DNA from: a virus
DNA length: 48,935 nucleotides
Virus genome (UHGV): UHGV-1375816
Reading direction: 5' to 3' (one strand)
How positions within the stretch are numbered: position 1 is the first letter of the stretch; the number at the start of each line of letters is the position of its first letter. The notes beneath the pieces are model-generated. The model ran no database searches. It worked only from the letters and a program-made list of their open reading frames with translations, and was not told the DNA's origin. Shown here piece by piece: positions 46,153 through 48,935 of this stretch. A program made the translations under genes and the position numbers.

Positions 46153-46326
46153 ATGAAAAATATCATCAGCCATCACAAACTGTCCGACATGATGGACAAT
46201 ATGACAGAGGTTCAGGCGCTGACCACACTGTCACGTATGCGTGCGCAGGCTGACCGGGACGGACTGTGTGTCACTCGTCTCATTGTTGAAGGTAAAGTTG
46301 TGGAACAGTGGGTATGGAAACATTAA
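46153..46326 (+). CDS. Hypothetical small protein (57 aa)
   Basis: AAGGAG RBS before ATG 46153. The track start at 46102 lies inside the promoter. Confidence 0.5.
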   Translation: MKNIISHHKLSDMMDNMTEVQALTTLSRMRAQADRDGLCVTRLIVEGKVVEQWVWKH

Positions 46327-46499
46327 GTTATTGTCAGCTGATGGGGCGCTGTTTAGCGGCTGAGGCGCGTGTTGCTGAGTTAGAGGAAACATTCAAATAT
46401 CCGGTAGCTTACATCACCTATAAAGGTTATCTAATTCACGCTGGCGACCCAAAACTGAAAGAGTATAGCGACCCCACACCATTATATGAGGCACCTTAA
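46314..46499 (+). CDS. Hypothetical small protein
   Basis: Overlaps the previous stop. Confidence 0.4.
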   Translation: METLSYCQLMGRCLAAEARVAELEETFKYPVAYITYKGYLIHAGDPKLKEYSDPTPLYEAP

Positions 46500-46501
46500 C
46501 C

Positions 46502-46798
46502 ATGATTAAATATTTACCACTTGTAGCGCTCCTGGCGGGCGCTCAGGTTAACGCAGCTGTTACTGCTGAGACAAATGAATCACGGGTTGCTAACCTACTC
46601 TTTAACGGTTGCAGCGCTCAACGTGCACAGATGGGCGTGCAGGAAATGATTAAACGGGCTAACCCGGGCGGTAATCCTGCAGCGACCGACCTTATCATCA
46701 AAGGTTACAAGTTCGGCATTGATTACCCGAATGTTGGTTGTAACCAGTTCTTTACGGTTGTTATCGACCAGTTAGTTAAAAGCCGGAGCAAAGTGTAA
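46502..46798 (+). CDS. Small secreted protein (signal peptide MIKYLPLVALLAGAQVNA)
   Basis: Signal peptide with an AQVNA-A cleavage-type motif. GAGG RBS. Confidence 0.55.
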   Translation: MIKYLPLVALLAGAQVNAAVTAETNESRVANLLFNGCSAQRAQMGVQEMIKRANPGGNPAATDLIIKGYKFGIDYPNVGCNQFFTVVIDQLVKSRSKV

Positions 46799-47946
46799 TG
46801 AGTATACTGACTGACGAGCAATTACTGACAGACGTGACTGCGGGAATGAGTGGTCATGCCATTGCGAAAAAGTACGGCATGAGCCCCGGCAATATTAACC
46901 GCCGCATCAAACGTCTCGGTGCGCGCGGGCTGGGTCATGGTGATAATGTGTCTCGCTTTGTGCCGGACGGTTACAAGGTGAAAGGTACATCGTCACTGGT
47001 GAAGGAGGACGGGACTGTAGCGCTGCAATGGGTCAAGACTGATGTGGACGCCGAGCGCCAGTTGAAAATGATGCAGGAAGCGATTGTGGCGCTTACAGAG
47101 TGCTTATCCCCACTAGAGGAAATTAATTTAATATCCCGTGATGAGGATAGCACTCTCCTGAACATGTACACAGTAACAGATGCACACATTGGTATGTTGG
47201 CATGTGAAGAAGAGGGTGGAGACGATTACGATACCAACATTGCAGAACATCTCATATCGTCGTGGTTCAAATCAGCGACAGCATTGGCACCCAACGCAAC
47301 AGAGTGTCTTATCAACCTTCAGGGGGATTTCCTGCACTTCGACGGCCTGAAGGCGGTTACACCAACATCCGGGCACATTCTCGACTCTGATACGCGTTTC
47401 TTCAAAGTGGTCCAGACTGCTATCCGTGTGATTAAGCGAGCCGTGAATATGTGTCTGGAGAAGCATCGGAAAGTGACGCTGCTAATCGCCACTGGTAACC
47501 ACGACCTTGCGTCCTCTGTGTGGTTGCGAGAGATGTTTAAAGAGGTGTATTCCGGTAATCCCCGCGTGACCATTGTAGACGAACAAAGTCCCTACTACGC
47601 AATCGAATTCGGCAAAGTAATGATCGGTGTGCATCACGGGCACTGTTCCAGGATGGAAAAGCTGGACGCAGTATTTGCCAGTAAGTTCCGGGAGATTTAT
47701 GGCCGTACTAAGTTTGGCTACCTACACATGGGACACTATCATCATCGGAAAGTAGCAGAGAGCAACATGTTCATCACTGAGATGCACCAAACTCTGGCGG
47801 CCAAAGACGAGTATTCAAGTAACGGAGGTTACGACTCCGGAAGAAGTGCCACTGTCATAACATATCATCGAGACTACGGTGAGATTGGTAGAATATCAAT
47901 TCCTGTGGAGATGATTAAGGACCGGTATGGACAGTTAATCAAGTAA
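46798..47946 (+). CDS. Metallophosphoesterase (calcineurin-like / Mre11-type motifs) with N-terminal HTH
   Basis: Motifs GDFLHFD, ATGNHD, GVHHGH and GHYHH. N-terminal MSGHAIAKKYGMSPGNINRRIKRLGARG is HTH-like. Confidence 0.65.
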   Translation: MSILTDEQLLTDVTAGMSGHAIAKKYGMSPGNINRRIKRLGARGLGHGDNVSRFVPDGYKVKGTSSLVKEDGTVALQWVKTDVDAERQLKMMQEAIVALTECLSPLEEINLISRDEDSTLLNMYTVTDAHIGMLACEEEGGDDYDTNIAEHLISSWFKSATALAPNATECLINLQGDFLHFDGLKAVTPTSGHILDSDTRFFKVVQTAIRVIKRAVNMCLEKHRKVTLLIATGNHDLASSVWLREMFKEVYSGNPRVTIVDEQSPYYAIEFGKVMIGVHHGHCSRMEKLDAVFASKFREIYGRTKFGYLHMGHYHHRKVAESNMFITEMHQTLAAKDEYSSNGGYDSGRSATVITYHRDYGEIGRISIPVEMIKDRYGQLIK

Positions 47947-48151
47947 ATAAAAGGCCCGCATTTAGCGGGCTTTGTTTTATCCAAGTGGAAATTTTTTTAT
48001 CAATCCATTCGTTCATCCTAATTCTCAATCTCTTCACGGAGTAACTCCAGTCATCGGCCTTATTTAGTATCGACTCAACAACTAAAATAATAATGAATAC
48101 AGGTAGTACGATTATCCTCCCAGTGAGACTTTTCTTACTCATCTTGTACAT
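47939..48151 (-). CDS. Small single-TMD membrane protein
   Basis: GGGAGA RBS before ATG 48151. IIVLPVFIIILVVESIL TMD. Confidence 0.4.
   Translation of the reverse strand: MYKMSKKSLTGRIIVLPVFIIILVVESILNKADDWSYSVKRLRIRMNEWIDKKISTWIKQSPLNAGLLFT
47952..47978 (+). terminator. Intrinsic terminator AGGCCCGCatttaGCGGGCTT + TGTTTT
   Basis: Hairpin plus T-run. It lies within the 3' codons of the convergent minus-strand ORF. Confidence 0.75.
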
Positions 48152-48155
48152 TTTA

Positions 48156-48734
48156 TTATCTCCCACAATTACGGCATTTACCATTTGCCACATAACGTTC
48201 CGCAATAATATTACAATGCTTGCAAGGCTCATACGGAATATACCAGCGTTTGCCGTCAGCGATGGCCTGCTGGCGCGGTGATTTCATTTTAATGACCCCA
48301 ACGTGAATTCCTGATTCGCTCAGTAACAGGGCGTTTTTCATCGTCTGTAACTGCTCATTCAAAACGGAAATATTATGTTCAATCATGGCGATGGTTTCAC
48401 GCAGTGCGTCAACCTCACCAGCGGTGTTAACAATGGTCGGTTTTGGTTTTTTCCATTCTCCCGTCATGCGTTGCTCGGTTAAGCAGAAGACACATTTACC
48501 AGCGGTGTTACGGACGCCCGGATGTCCACATTCGCTGTTTGGTTTCTTCTGTAGCCTCCATGAGCGACCATCGTTAAGACCGTCGAGAACTTTCTGATAG
48601 AGTTCATTGCGTGCGGGAAGACCCATGTTTTTCGCTTTCACAAAATTATGGTGGTCATGAAGTGCACAAATACTACACAATTCTGTTTCTTTAAATTTTG
48701 TAGTCCCGTGACAATTATCTATAAGATGAATCAT
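48156..48734 (-). CDS. Cys-rich zinc-finger protein (192 aa) with central coiled coil
   Basis: AAGGAGAG RBS. N-terminal C-x11-C-x2-C-x2-H-x2-HH, central ECGHPG..CVFC, C-terminal CKHC...CRNCG. Confidence 0.55.
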   Translation of the reverse strand: MIHLIDNCHGTTKFKETELCSICALHDHHNFVKAKNMGLPARNELYQKVLDGLNDGRSWRLQKKPNSECGHPGVRNTAGKCVFCLTEQRMTGEWKKPKPTIVNTAGEVDALRETIAMIEHNISVLNEQLQTMKNALLLSESGIHVGVIKMKSPRQQAIADGKRWYIPYEPCKHCNIIAERYVANGKCRNCGR

Positions 48735-48784
48735 GTTTCTCTCCTTTTGTAGAGTATATACTATAAAATAATAGAGAATTACGG

Positions 48785-48935
48785 GTCAATACCTCATTTT
48801 ACCCCGAAATACCCGAGGCATCGGGGTGGCGAATTTACTTTCACAATCAGCAGCTTACGCGCATAACCGAACACCCCGTACATTTTTCCCTTCTTCCCTC
48901 TTATAAACTATATAAACTATACATTATGTATTATA
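48785..48935. repeat. 5' part of repeat copy A (continues at 1..147)
   Basis: Collinear with 14172..14330. Confidence 0.85.

Noticed and set aside
47939-48232. Longer 97-aa version of the minus-strand membrane ORF starting at 48232
   Set aside because: It would overlap the upstream Cys-rich gene by 77 nt. An internal ATG at 48151 has a strong GGGAGA RBS and leaves a 4-nt gap, so the shorter form is preferred.
1-48935. tRNA genes or 7-deazaguanine (queuosine-like) modification genes, which often accompany similar PolB/primase modules
   Set aside because: No cloverleaf-capable ~75-nt candidates were seen in intergenic regions, and no QueC/QueD/QueE/FolE or DpdA-like motifs in any ORF.

Overview
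The window reads as a complete or near-complete ~48.9 kb virulent tailed-phage genome. It is most likely a small myovirus of Gram-negative (enterobacterial-type) hosts, and the sequence was opened inside a repeat. About 300 bp spanning the window ends (48785..48935 + 1..147) recurs at 14172..14477 with ~95% identity, which implies circular permutation or a circular assembly.

Gene modules, in order:
- **Packaging and head (210..11556):** TerS, TerL, portal, an HNH, a Mu-F-like head morphogenesis protein, scaffold, decoration protein and major capsid, with head-completion genes following.
- **Minus-strand island in the head module (4851..7049):** small genes including DUF551, DUF3310 and an HNH homing endonuclease.
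- **Tail and baseplate (14530..30645):** neck proteins, sheath, tube, a chaperone with a programmed -1 frameshift, tape measure, a hub carrying an SLT lysin, a P2-like baseplate (spike V-like with HxH, W-like, J-like) and tail fibres.
- **Lysis (30640..32637):** a SAR endolysin, Rz and Rz1 on the minus strand, with a pinholin-like gene divergent from them.
- **Replication (32654..46054):** a DUF2493/SLOG-like protein, a family-B DNA polymerase that appears split by a T5orf172 homing endonuclease, a candidate DUF2815-like SSB, a DUF2800-like nuclease, an SF2 helicase, a VRR-NUC nuclease, a TetR-like HTH protein, a second T5orf172 endonuclease and a primase/SF3 helicase.
- **Accessory genes:** an HTH-metallophosphoesterase, small and secreted proteins, and a Cys-rich zinc-finger protein. 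An array of three Rha/ANT anti-repressor paralogues sits inside the tail module.

The most unusual features are:
- a phage-wide family of at least ten palindromic TTGACG-N4-CGTCAA sites that double as promoter -35 elements or operators;
- the homing-endonuclease-split PolB;
- a homing endonuclease insertion that carries a duplicated copy of its target gene's 3' end;
- 65-bp tandem iterons next to the large repeat.

No integrase, CI-like repressor or tRNA was found. All functional calls come from motifs read by eye; no database search was run.
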